IMG/VR virus record: IMGVR_UViG_3300024989_000226
Location: 1 to 49,613 of that record
DNA: 49,613 bases
Origin: a virus
Lineage: Duplodnaviria > Caudoviricetes
Strand: one strand, 5' to 3'
The stretch's first letter is position 1. Each line of letters begins with the position of its first letter. The notes beneath the pieces were generated by a model. It did not search any database. It was not told the origin of the DNA and was given only the letters and a program-made list of their open reading frames with translations. The position numbers and the translations under genes were made by a program. Positions 1-8,956 of the stretch are shown here, in pieces.

Positions 1-375
1 CTATCCGCACCACTTCGCGTCCAATCTCTCCATTAGCCGTGGCAGCGTCACTCCCTCCGGTTGCCGCCCTTCCACGATTGCCTCCACCATCGATGGCGCC
101 AGCAGCGTCAGCCTCAGCACGTCGCCCACGTAGGTCCGATCCAGCTTTTCCGCCCGCGCGATATCGGAGACCGACGCGTAGGTCCCGCCGTCCAGCAGCC
201 GCTTCCACCGGAACGCCCGCCCCAGCGCCTTCAGCAACGACGGATCGGCGTTGGTGGCCACGTGTCGCGGCGCGGTGGGCAACACCGACCCATCTGGCGA
301 CACGATCACCTTCCGCCCGCCCCGCTTGCGGATGGTCATCGGCACCCGGACGGTGATGCTGGTCGCGCCGCTCAT
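1..375 (-). CDS. Hypothetical protein of the recombinase module, HTH-like
   Basis: ATG at 375 overlaps the recombinase stop (ATGA); the motif SVSDIARAEKLDRTYVGDVLRLTLLAP is typical of genes downstream of these recombinases. Confidence 0.75.
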   Translation of the reverse strand: MSGATSITVRVPMTIRKRGGRKVIVSPDGSVLPTAPRHVATNADPSLLKALGRAFRWKRLLDGGTYASVSDIARAEKLDRTYVGDVLRLTLLAPSMVEAIVEGRQPEGVTLPRLMERLDAKWCG

Positions 376-1718
376 GCCGCATCCCTCCATCCCGCCGTCG
401 GCCGCAGATCACGCACCAGCCCGGCCAGTCCCTCCACCCGCAGCCGGATATCGGCGCCGGTCGGCCCCACCGTCACCCGCTCGACCAACGCCTGCACGAT
501 CCGCGCCTGCTCACCAGGGAACAATTCGTCCCACATCGGCTCGAACTGCTCCAGCGCCTCGCGGACCTCATCCTCCGTCAGGTCCGGCGCCTCGGCCCGC
601 GCCGCTTGCCAGGTGCCGACGATGACCTCCGGCTGCCGGATCAGCGCCCGCACCTGCGCCATCACCACCGCCTCGATCTCGGCCGCGGCGATCCGGCGCA
701 CAATGCTGGGATCCGCCGGCACCCCGCCCTTCAACACGCTCTGGCTCACGTAGTAGCGGTACTGCCGCCCCCGCCGCACGGTGTGCGTCGGCGACAGGGC
801 GCGGCCATCGATGCCGAAGATCAGCCCCCGCAGCAGCGCCGGGGATTGCGCCCGGTTCTGGTTGGCCCGCACCCGCGGGCTCTCCTGCAGCACGGCATGC
901 ACCCGGTCCCACAGGTCCCGCGGCACGATCGCCTGGTGCTCGCCGCGATGGACCGTGCCCTTGTGCGGCGCCTCGCCCAGATAGGTCCGGTTGCTCAGCA
1001 CTCTATATAGGTAGCCCTTGTCGATCGCAGCACCTGTCTTGCTGGTCACGCCCTCGTCCCGCAGCGCCTCGGCCAGCCGGGTGGCGGAGCCGATCTCCAC
1101 GAACCGCTCGAAGATCATCCGGACCGTAGCCGCCTCGGCCTCGTTGACCACCAGCTTGCGCTCCCGCACGTGGTAGCCGAGCGGCACCTTGCCGCCCATC
1201 CACATGCCGCGGGCGCGGGAGGCCGCGAATTTGTCGCGGATGCGCTCGCCGATCACCTCGCGCTCGAACTGCGCGAAGCTGAGCAGGATGTTCAGCGTCA
1301 GCCGGCCCATCAACGTGGTCGTGTTGAAGCTCTGGGTGACCGAGACGAAGGTGACGCCGTGCCGGTCGAACACCTCGACCAGCTTGGCGAAGTCCATCAG
1401 GGCGCGGGACAGCCGGTCGATCTTGTAGACAACCACCACGTCCACGCGGCCGGCCTCGATGTCGGCCAGCAGCCGCCGCAGCGCCGGCCGCTCGAGAGTG
1501 CCGCCGGAGAAGCCGTGGTCGTCGTAGCGGTCGCGGAGTGCGAGCCATCCTTCCAGTCGCTGGCTTTCGATGTAGGCGTCGCAGGCATCGCGCTGAGCAT
1601 CCAGAGAATTGTATTCCTGGGCGGTTCCCTCATCGACGGATTTCCGGGTGTAGATGGCGCAGCGGGTCTTGCGTACCGTGGCCGGCATGGCGCCGGCTGC
1701 GGTGGGTTTCTTGCTCAT
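372..1718 (-). CDS. Large serine recombinase (resolvase + recombinase domains), probable integrase
   Basis: CAIYTRKS catalytic motif, VVVYKIDRLSR, FAQFEREVIGERIRD; start at 1718 (MSKKP) is coupled to the upstream stop. Confidence 0.92.
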   Translation of the reverse strand: MSKKPTAAGAMPATVRKTRCAIYTRKSVDEGTAQEYNSLDAQRDACDAYIESQRLEGWLALRDRYDDHGFSGGTLERPALRRLLADIEAGRVDVVVVYKIDRLSRALMDFAKLVEVFDRHGVTFVSVTQSFNTTTLMGRLTLNILLSFAQFEREVIGERIRDKFAASRARGMWMGGKVPLGYHVRERKLVVNEAEAATVRMIFERFVEIGSATRLAEALRDEGVTSKTGAAIDKGYLYRVLSNRTYLGEAPHKGTVHRGEHQAIVPRDLWDRVHAVLQESPRVRANQNRAQSPALLRGLIFGIDGRALSPTHTVRRGRQYRYYVSQSVLKGGVPADPSIVRRIAAAEIEAVVMAQVRALIRQPEVIVGTWQAARAEAPDLTEDEVREALEQFEPMWDELFPGEQARIVQALVERVTVGPTGADIRLRVEGLAGLVRDLRPTAGWRDAA

Positions 1719-2185
1719 ACCGTCCCCCGCTGGTTTTTCAGCCCGAAGAACACCAGCCCGTTCCACCGCGTGCCGGTGATGGCACGCGCGACGGCGGAGA
1801 GCGACTGGTATGGCCGGCCCTGCCATTCATAGCCGTCCGCCAGCACGGTCACGGTGTGCTCGATCCCCTGGTATTCCCGGACCAGGCGGGTGCCAGCGAT
1901 CGGCTTGGCGTCGCGGCGGATGCGGCGCAGGGTGATGTTGCCGCCGTCCAGCTGCTGGCCCAGGGCCTCCAGCCGGGCGACGGTCTCCGGCTTCAGCCCG
2001 CCATAGGCCAGTTCCTGGATCCGGTAGGCCAGCCGGCTCTGGATATAGGTCCGGCTGAACGGCGGCGGCTCCTTGCCGAACAGGGTGCGCCATTGCTGCT
2101 TGAGATCGGCAATCGGCGCCGCCTTCAAAGCCGCCAGGCGGGGGAGGACGGTGTCCTTCGGGATGCTGGGGAAGGTCTCGGTCAT
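1715..2185 (-). CDS. DUF2924-family protein
   Basis: RLAYRIQELAYGGL, GTRLVREYQG, SLSAVARAITGTRWNG..FFGL; typical position upstream of the recombinase. Confidence 0.85.
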   Translation of the reverse strand: MTETFPSIPKDTVLPRLAALKAAPIADLKQQWRTLFGKEPPPFSRTYIQSRLAYRIQELAYGGLKPETVARLEALGQQLDGGNITLRRIRRDAKPIAGTRLVREYQGIEHTVTVLADGYEWQGRPYQSLSAVARAITGTRWNGLVFFGLKNQRGTV

Positions 2186-2382
2186 GCGGGTCTCCGTGGT
2201 TTCGGTTTCGCATGACGGCGCTGGTGGGCGGTGAAGTCGAGGTGACTTTCTCCAAGCTCGTCAGATGGTTGTCCGGCCAGCTGTTCGCGCTCACGCAGCC
2301 GGATCAGGCCGCGAGCGAGGATGGCGCAGACCTCATGGAGGTGGGGCCGGAGATACGCGGTCGACTGGTCGGGTCGTGGCAT
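2182..2382 (-). CDS. Small hypothetical protein
   Basis: 66-aa ORF coupled to DUF2924 by an ATGA overlap; EVCAILARGLIRL helix. Confidence 0.6.
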   Translation of the reverse strand: MPRPDQSTAYLRPHLHEVCAILARGLIRLREREQLAGQPSDELGESHLDFTAHQRRHAKPKPRRPA

Positions 2383-2488
2383 GATGATCCATCGCGGATT
2401 GTCCTGCTCGTTATCTACCGATCGTCGCGCGCATCTCTCTCACGGAGCCAGGGCCGCCGCCCGACCTAGCCGCCGGCAGCCGGCAGCT

Positions 2489-2734
2489 TCACGCCGCCTC
2501 GGGTACCCTGCCGTAGACGTGCAGGAACTCGGGCTCGCCGTAATCCCCAGCATCCTCGTCCGCCATAATGCGCACGACGTGGCCGCCGACGATCATGCCG
2601 CCGGCCATCGCCTTCTCGGCGCGGCGCTGCCCGTCCTCCGGGCTGCGGCAGGCAACCGGCAGGCCTGGCTTCACGCCGCCGCCACGCTTGGCCTCGACGT
2701 AGGGCTGGAAGATAACGCGTTCGGCGATGGCCAT
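2489..2734 (-). CDS. Small hypothetical protein
   Basis: Start MAIAERV preceded by GGAG; natural-looking 81-aa sequence. Confidence 0.65.
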   Translation of the reverse strand: MAIAERVIFQPYVEAKRGGGVKPGLPVACRSPEDGQRRAEKAMAGGMIVGGHVVRIMADEDAGDYGEPEFLHVYGRVPEAA

Positions 2735-2822
2735 GCTGAGTGCTCCGTTTCCGTGGTGGGTGACGTGAATTCCTGGTGCCGCGGCGGGCGGCACTCGGCA
2801 GCCATCTGCCTCGTTGCCCCGC

Positions 2823-3593
2823 TCATCTTCCGACCGGGGTGGCGGACTTTCTTGCGGGAACCGCCGACGGTGTTGGTGCGGACGGCGGCAGCCTCGACCA
2901 TTCGCTATCCGGTTGGATGTCCAGCCAGAGTGGCGCGATCTTCTTGCGGATCCAGCTTTCGTCGGGGCCGTTGCCGATGCCGAGCCTTGCCTCGAACCAA
3001 TCCCGCATCTGCCGGATCAGCTGCGCCTGCTTCGGCGGCGCCCCCTCGTGGAAAAGGATGCGGCAGACATGGCGCCAGAACCCATCCACGTCGTATTTTG
3101 TCGGCGCGCCGCGACGCCGCTCGCTCTCCGGCTCGGCAGCAAGCGATGATTCCGCTGATGTAGATGCCGCCGCCGAAGCCTGGCAGGCCTCGAACCGCTC
3201 GAGTTCTGCGCGCCGGACGACGAGGCCTTGTGCCTCGATGTGGAGCGGCGCGCCATCGTCGTCCAACGCATACTCCAGATATTCGCCGGGCTGCGCCTGG
3301 AAGCTGCTCACGCCCGCACTTCCCAAGGTGAGCACGGCCCAGGCATCGTCGCGAATCAGGTCGAGCGTGCCGGAGAACCGCCTGCGGCCAGTCGGCATCG
3401 AGCACCATTGGCCGTCGTCGACTTCCTCATAGTAGCCGGCCTCGACCGGCAACTGCGACACGGCGATCGAGAGCGTGAGCTCATCCGCCAGCACGAAGGC
3501 TGCGATGTCCGTCTCGGTCATCGACCAGCGCGCGCACAGCTCGGTCACACGGTAGAATGGTTTGCGGGGCGCCACATGCGTCATCGGCGTCAC
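2823..3593 (-). CDS. Hypothetical protein, possibly DNA-binding
   Basis: 256-aa ORF coupled to the XRE gene; N-terminal FYRVTELCARW resembles a winged-HTH. Confidence 0.7.
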   Translation of the reverse strand: MTPMTHVAPRKPFYRVTELCARWSMTETDIAAFVLADELTLSIAVSQLPVEAGYYEEVDDGQWCSMPTGRRRFSGTLDLIRDDAWAVLTLGSAGVSSFQAQPGEYLEYALDDDGAPLHIEAQGLVVRRAELERFEACQASAAASTSAESSLAAEPESERRRGAPTKYDVDGFWRHVCRILFHEGAPPKQAQLIRQMRDWFEARLGIGNGPDESWIRKKIAPLWLDIQPDSEWSRLPPSAPTPSAVPARKSATPVGR

Positions 3594-3874
3594 CTCCGAT
3601 AATTCGACCGCAGCCGCCGATACGCGGTGACCACCGTCGCCATGTTGGCGCGCATATCGGGCGGCAGCCGCTGCGCCTCGATGAACAGGTCATCCATCCG
3701 CACGCCCAGAATCGCCGCGGCACGCTCGATCAATTCGTCACGCGGCGGCTTCTCCTGGTCACGCTCGATCCGCGACCAGTAGGCCGGGGATATTCCGAGG
3801 CGCTCGGCAAACTCGTTGAGCCCGATGTTCAGCACGTTGCGGCGCTCCCGGATGACCCGCCCGAAGCTCATCAC
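3590..3874 (-). CDS. XRE-family HTH repressor (ImmR-like)
   Basis: FGRVIRERR..IGLNEFAERLGISPAYWSRIERD; no S24 peptidase domain. Confidence 0.9.
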   Translation of the reverse strand: MMSFGRVIRERRNVLNIGLNEFAERLGISPAYWSRIERDQEKPPRDELIERAAAILGVRMDDLFIEAQRLPPDMRANMATVVTAYRRLRSNYRR

Positions 3875-4599
3875 CGACCTCCCGCGACCAGGCCATAGCG
3901 CTGCATGCGCACGGCAATGAACCGGTCGGACACCCCGAAGTCGCCGGCAACTGCGGCGACGATCCCCGCCATGGCCTCCGGCGCATTGTCCCGCGCCAGC
4001 ACCGGGCTGGCCGGACGCCCCAGATGCGGCGCCCGCGCCAGGCGCATCCGCTCGGAGCGCGCCAGCGCCAGCAGTCGCGTATGCAGCGGCACCGGTGGCA
4101 CCAGCAACGCGCCCATGAACTCGTTCGCCCGCCGCTCCGACGCATTGGTCGACCGCACCAGGGAATCGGGCGCCGCGGTCACCGACCGATAGCGGCGGTC
4201 CGCCCGCCCCAGCGCCGGCGGCACATCGAACACGATATGACCCAGCTCATGGGCGATGGTACTCAGGGCGATGTCCGGCCGATGCGCCACCATCTCGTGG
4301 TTGACCGAGACGTAAGCCACACCGGGTGCATCCGGGTCGGTCTCACAGGCCCCCAGCACCGGCCGGCCGAGCGTGTCGTGCACCGCATTGGCGAAGTCCC
4401 ACGCGGTGGCAACCTCCCGGCCGTTGATGACAAGCTCCGACGTCACGGCGACGATTGCGCCGGCGGCGAGGGCGGCGTCAGCCTGATCACCCAGGATGGC
4501 GCGCCGCAACCGTAGCGCCACCGCCCAGACCGCCTCGTCCCGCAGCAGACGCGGCGCGCCGGTGGCCGCCACATGAGGGTAGTTCAGGTCGATCGCCAT
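3871..4599 (-). CDS. ImmA/IrrE-family metallopeptidase (antirepressor)
   Basis: TIAHELGHI (HExxH) and ERRANEFMGALLVP; start MAIDL follows GGAGG. Confidence 0.9.
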   Translation of the reverse strand: MAIDLNYPHVAATGAPRLLRDEAVWAVALRLRRAILGDQADAALAAGAIVAVTSELVINGREVATAWDFANAVHDTLGRPVLGACETDPDAPGVAYVSVNHEMVAHRPDIALSTIAHELGHIVFDVPPALGRADRRYRSVTAAPDSLVRSTNASERRANEFMGALLVPPVPLHTRLLALARSERMRLARAPHLGRPASPVLARDNAPEAMAGIVAAVAGDFGVSDRFIAVRMQRYGLVAGGR

Positions 4600-4641
4600 G
4601 CCGTTGCCTCCGTTTCGGTTGCGTGATCCGTTGATGCGCAT

Positions 4642-4656
4642 GTTCTTCTTATGTTC
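4642..4656 (-). promoter_or_regulatory. Alphaproteobacterial LexA (SOS) box, GTTC-N7-GTTC
   Basis: GTTCttcttatGTTC lies about 43 bp upstream of the ImmA start. Confidence 0.75.
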
Positions 4657-4878
4657 GCTCTGGGCGAGAGTCCAGTAGGGAATAAATCCCAGCCGCATTT
4701 TTCCTGGCGACGGCGCTGTACGGCACGGTCTGGCGGACTAAGCCATTGATATCACCTGCCGGAATTAATGGCGCCGGAGGCATTTGCGCCGGTCCGCGCC
4801 GTTTGCGCCTGAATTCCGGCTGCGTCGCCGTGCTCACGTCCGCTCATCACGCAGCAGACGCAGGAGCAGGACACAACC

Positions 4879-5463
4879 ATGGTGGCACAACAGGATTGCG
4901 CGGACATCCCGGCGCCGATCTGGGACCAGGAGGTGCTGCGCATCGCGCTCCGCACCGCGGCGCATGTCGCCGGCAAGGGTGCGCGCCGGCTCGGGCTCTC
5001 CCGCGCCGATCGGGAGGATCTGCGTCAGGATATCCTGGTGGTGCTGATTCAGCGCAGCCGGCGTTATGACCCGGACCGCAGTGCCTGGTCGACCTTCGCG
5101 GCGCTGATTGCACGTCACGTGGTCGCTGATCGGGCGCAGGCAGAACGTCAGTCCGACGCGCCGGTCTTCGTGCCGCTCGAGGTGGATGACTTTCCGGTCG
5201 GCTGCTCGATCACCTGCCAGGGAGCCGACGACCCTACCCTGTCGCTCGACCTGCAACGGGTCGCCGAGGAGTTGCCGCAGGCGCCACGGAGCATCCTGCG
5301 GCTGCTGAGCGCCGCCGGTGACGTGGCAGATGCGCAGCGCGCCAGCTGCCAGCCCTGCGCCAGCTTCTACCGCTCCCTCGCCGATCTCCGGCTCTGGCTG
5401 CGGGCCAGCGGGATGCGCCCGCCGGGTCGCATGCCGGATCGCCGGATGCGCGCGACCCCCTGA
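4879..5463 (+). CDS. Sigma-70 region-2-like transcription factor
   Basis: DREDLRQDILVVLIQRSRRYDPDRSAWSTFAALIAR; AGGA RBS; divergent from immA. Confidence 0.7.
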   Translation: MVAQQDCADIPAPIWDQEVLRIALRTAAHVAGKGARRLGLSRADREDLRQDILVVLIQRSRRYDPDRSAWSTFAALIARHVVADRAQAERQSDAPVFVPLEVDDFPVGCSITCQGADDPTLSLDLQRVAEELPQAPRSILRLLSAAGDVADAQRASCQPCASFYRSLADLRLWLRASGMRPPGRMPDRRMRATP

Positions 5464-5529
5464 GAAAAAACCGTGTGCCGATCCGTAGATAGCAAATGCC
5501 GAACCATGTGTGCCAGGGAGAGCCGACCA

Positions 5530-5919
5530 ATGCGCGTTGAGCGCCTGACGATCAAACCGCTGATCTCGCCTCAGATGTCGAGTTCCGGTTCGGGGGTGCC
5601 CCCCGTCCTGAGCGAGACTGAATTCTGCGACCGCCTCGCCGATGCCGTTCCGAACGAAGCCATCACCTATCACGTCGGCATGCTGGCCCGTGATCGCTAC
5701 TGGCCGCTCTCCAAACTGCCGGAGGACCAACGCGTCGCGCTGGGCGCGATCGCCAACCGGGCCCTGAAGCTCGCCGAGGCCGGGCGGGTGCATCTCGTGC
5801 AGCGCCGCATCGCCGAGGAGCGCTTCGTCTATCTCGCGATCGTCCGCCCGCAACCGCGGCGGGCCCTGCGCGCGATGCTCGTCAAGCCGGTGCGTCCCAT
5901 GCTGGCGGAGGCGGCGTGA
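5530..5919 (+). CDS. Hypothetical phage protein (start uncertain)
   Basis: ITYHVGMLARDR and AGRVHLVQRR..YLAI; overlaps the next gene. Confidence 0.65.
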   Translation: MRVERLTIKPLISPQMSSSGSGVPPVLSETEFCDRLADAVPNEAITYHVGMLARDRYWPLSKLPEDQRVALGAIANRALKLAEAGRVHLVQRRIAEERFVYLAIVRPQPRRALRAMLVKPVRPMLAEAA

Positions 5920-6416
5920 TGAGCACCGCCCCCTCCAATCGTCCCCGGCTGGACGCCGTCCAACACCTGCCGGTTGCCGACCTGCTGGCGATGCCCGCCG
6001 AGCACCTCGTCTTGCTGCAGGACGATGCCACCACCGCCCTGGAGGCGGCCAAGCGGACCAAGGACTGGCTCGATGGCATCATCGCCGTCCGCTATGGCCA
6101 GCGCGCCATCGCCTTGCGGGCCGAGCAGCGTAAGGACACCGGCACCGTGCGCTTCTCCGACGGCCTGGTGACCGTCGTCGCCGACCTGCCCAAGCGGGTG
6201 GAATGGGAGCAGCAGCACCTGGCCGCGGTGGTCGCGCGCATCCGCGCCGGCGGCGATGACCCGGCAGAGTATGTCGAGGTGACCTACAAGGTCGCGGAGC
6301 GGTCCTACACCGCCTGGCCCGACCACATCCGCCAGGTGTTCGCCGCCGCCCGCACCGTCCGGCCCGGCAAGCCAAGCTTCAAGCTGTCGCTGAACCCGGC
6401 CGCGGAGGGCGTGTGA
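5916..6416 (+). CDS. Hypothetical early/recombination-module protein
   Basis: 166-aa ORF coupled at both ends; KDTGTVRF..DLPKRVEW. Confidence 0.75.
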   Translation: MMSTAPSNRPRLDAVQHLPVADLLAMPAEHLVLLQDDATTALEAAKRTKDWLDGIIAVRYGQRAIALRAEQRKDTGTVRFSDGLVTVVADLPKRVEWEQQHLAAVVARIRAGGDDPAEYVEVTYKVAERSYTAWPDHIRQVFAAARTVRPGKPSFKLSLNPAAEGV

Positions 6417-7261
6417 TGGCCCTGTGCATCGTCACCGCCGACGAGCGGCTGTCCCACGCCGCCAACAAGACCACCGTCGCCCTGTTCGGCGCCAGTGGGG
6501 TCGGCAAGACCTTGCTGCTCAAGACATTGCCGCCCGCCGAGACGGTCTGCATCGACCTCGAGGCGGGGCTCAAGTCGGTGCAGGACTGGCCGGGCGACAG
6601 CATCCCGGTCCGCACCTTCGCCGACGCGATCGACCTGGCCTGCCTCGTTGGCGGGGTGAACCCCGCCGCCGATCCGGCTGGGTTCTTCTCCGAGGGGCAC
6701 TACCAGCATCTCTGCCAGAGCTACCCGGACCTCGCCCGGATGGTCGCCGGCAAGTCGATCGTCTTCCTGGACAGCATCACCGATCTCACCCGGCAGGCCA
6801 TGGCCTGGGCCAAGACCCGGCCGGAGGCTTTCAGCGACAAGACCGGCAAGCCGGACATCCGCGGCGCCTACGGGCTGATGGCCCGCGAGGTGATCGGGCT
6901 GCTGAAGCACCTGCAGCACGCCCCCGGCAAGACGACGATCATGGTCGGCATCCTGGAGCGGGTCACCGACGAGTTCGGCCGCGTCACCTGGGAGCCGCAG
7001 ATGGAAGGCGGCAAGGCCGGCCGGGAGTTGCCGGGCATCGTCGACCAGGTGGTGTCGATGGCGCTGTTCAGCCCCGACGGCGAGATCTGGCGGCATGACC
7101 CCGACCACGGCGCCGAGCGGCGCCTGGCGTGCCGCGCCGCCAATCCCTTCGGCCTGCCGGCCAAGGACCGCTCGGGTCGTCTCGATGAGACCGAGCCACC
7201 GGACCTCGGCGCCCTGCTCCGCAAGATCAACACCACCCCCACAAGCAGCCACCAGGGATGA
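6416..7261 (+). CDS. AAA_24/Sak4-like ATP-binding protein
   Basis: Walker A GASGVGKT, IDLEAG, VFLDSIT, PAKDRSGRL. Confidence 0.85.
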   Translation: MALCIVTADERLSHAANKTTVALFGASGVGKTLLLKTLPPAETVCIDLEAGLKSVQDWPGDSIPVRTFADAIDLACLVGGVNPAADPAGFFSEGHYQHLCQSYPDLARMVAGKSIVFLDSITDLTRQAMAWAKTRPEAFSDKTGKPDIRGAYGLMAREVIGLLKHLQHAPGKTTIMVGILERVTDEFGRVTWEPQMEGGKAGRELPGIVDQVVSMALFSPDGEIWRHDPDHGAERRLACRAANPFGLPAKDRSGRLDETEPPDLGALLRKINTTPTSSHQG

Positions 7262-8043
7262 TGAACATGACCTACGATATGAACGACGCCGAATTGCCAC
7301 GCGGCTCCGACCTGATTCCGGATGGCAGCTTCGCCAAGGTGACCATGACGCTGCGCCCGGGCGGCGTCGACGGCGAGGGCGATGCCGATCGCGGCCTGCT
7401 CAAGGCCGCCAAGACGCCCGGCAGCGACGTGCGGATGCTGGACTGCGAGTTTACCGTGTCGGGCGGCCCGCATGTGCGGCGCAAGTTCTGGCAGATGTTC
7501 ACCGTCGCCGGCGGCAAGGTGGATGAGAACGGCGTCTCGATCGGCTGGAAGATCACCAAAGGCACGCTGCGGGCGATGATCGACAGTGCCCTGGGACTCG
7601 ATCCGCAGGACATGAGCGAGGCGGCACGCGGCAAGCGGGTGCTGCGCGGGCTCGCCGACTTCAACGGCATCACCTTCGCGGCCAAGATCAAGGTCGAGCC
7701 GGCGAGCGACCCGCGCTACGGCGACAGCAACCGGCTGGAGCGGGTGGTGCTGCCGAACGAGCCGGAGTGGCAGCGGATCATGGCCGGGGAGGCGGTGCCG
7801 GCGCAGCCGAGCCGGGCCACCGCCCGTGCCGCGCAGCCGGCATTCCCCGCCGCGAACACCACGCCGGCCTGGGGTGGTAACAGCCGCCCGATGAGTCCGG
7901 CGGCACCGGCGCCCGCCTGGGGGCAGCCGGCACCAGCGGCAGCTTCGGCCGGCGCGCTATCGATGCATCCCCAGCCTGCCCAGCCTGCCCAGCCGGCGTC
8001 AGCCGCGGCCCCGATGGGTGGTCCGTCTTGGTTGAACGGCTGA
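7258..8043 (+). CDS. Putative ssDNA-binding protein (DUF669-like)
   Basis: Follows the Sak4-like ATPase; folded N-terminus, Pro/Ala-rich tail ending PSWLNG. Confidence 0.65.
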   Translation: MMNMTYDMNDAELPRGSDLIPDGSFAKVTMTLRPGGVDGEGDADRGLLKAAKTPGSDVRMLDCEFTVSGGPHVRRKFWQMFTVAGGKVDENGVSIGWKITKGTLRAMIDSALGLDPQDMSEAARGKRVLRGLADFNGITFAAKIKVEPASDPRYGDSNRLERVVLPNEPEWQRIMAGEAVPAQPSRATARAAQPAFPAANTTPAWGGNSRPMSPAAPAPAWGQPAPAAASAGALSMHPQPAQPAQPASAAAPMGGPSWLNG

Positions 8044-8058
8044 GCCGATGCGGCACCG

Positions 8059-8511
8059 ATGCCATCCAAACGCTGGAAGGGTCGGCGCGGCCGGGCGGAC
8101 GGACGCCAGCACGTGGCCGCCACCCGCCCGCCCTGTCCCGCCAACGCGATCCGCTGGCTCTGTGCCCTGTGCGGCCGCGAGGCGCCCGGGTTCGGCGTCA
8201 TGCTGGACGGCCCGTGGTCGGCTCATCACAGCGCCGGCTTCTGCTCGATGGCCTGCATGGACGCCGGCGCGGATCGCGTCGATCGGAGGAGCGGCGTGAT
8301 CGACAAATCCCGCATGGAGAGCCAGGCGATCAAGGACGCTCGGCGGTTCTTCGCCGAGGTGCTGACCGAGATGGGGCTGCTGGCGCCATTCCATGACCGC
8401 ACGCCGGCGGAGATCGACCGGATCATCGAGGCCTGTGTTGACGGCTTCCAGGACTCGATGCGCCGCCAGGCCGCCGCGCAGGATCCCTTCGACGACCCTC
8501 CGCCATTTTGA
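8059..8511 (+). CDS. DUF6511-like protein with CxxC motifs (start uncertain)
   Basis: LCALCGR..FCSMACM, IDRIIEACVDGFQDSM, ends DDPPPF. Confidence 0.7.
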   Translation: MPSKRWKGRRGRADGRQHVAATRPPCPANAIRWLCALCGREAPGFGVMLDGPWSAHHSAGFCSMACMDAGADRVDRRSGVIDKSRMESQAIKDARRFFAEVLTEMGLLAPFHDRTPAEIDRIIEACVDGFQDSMRRQAAAQDPFDDPPPF

Positions 8512-8521
8512 GAGGCAATTC

Positions 8522-8956
8522 GTGTTCCTCGATCTGAACCACCAATCCGGCTTCGTCTACGGCCGCGGCGCAACACCGGCGGTCGGCAGCGACGTCACGG
8601 CCAGGATCAACGCCCATGTCGATGCAGCCCTGGTCGATCGCAACCGCCGGCAGCGTCCGCGCGATTATCTCGGCGGCAGCCGGGTCGGCGAGGAGTGCGC
8701 GCGCAAGCTGGTTTTCGAGGTAGCGCATACGCCGAAAGACCCAGGCCGGGACTTTGACGGTCGTATCCTGCGCATCTTCGCCGCCGGGCATCAGTTCGAG
8801 GAGATGTCGATCGGCTGGCTGCGCGCCGCCGGCTTTGACCTGCGCGATCGCGGGGCCGATGGGCGGAGCACCTTTGTCCGCCAATGCGAGGTCGGCGATC
8901 GGACGCGCGGCGGCGTCGTCAAGGATTACTGCATCGATCTCGGGGGTGCCGCATGA
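8522..8956 (+). pseudogene. Truncated Cas4-like/PD-(D/E)XK nuclease, apparently fused to the C-terminus of another protein
   Basis: GTG start after GAGAGG; YLGGSRVGEECARKL and RIFAAGHQFEE present, but no downstream D..ExK core or C-terminal Cys cluster. Confidence 0.6.

Noticed and set aside
7969-7998. Tandem CAGCCTGCC repeats
   Set aside because: They encode a QPA low-complexity linker within the SSB-like tail.
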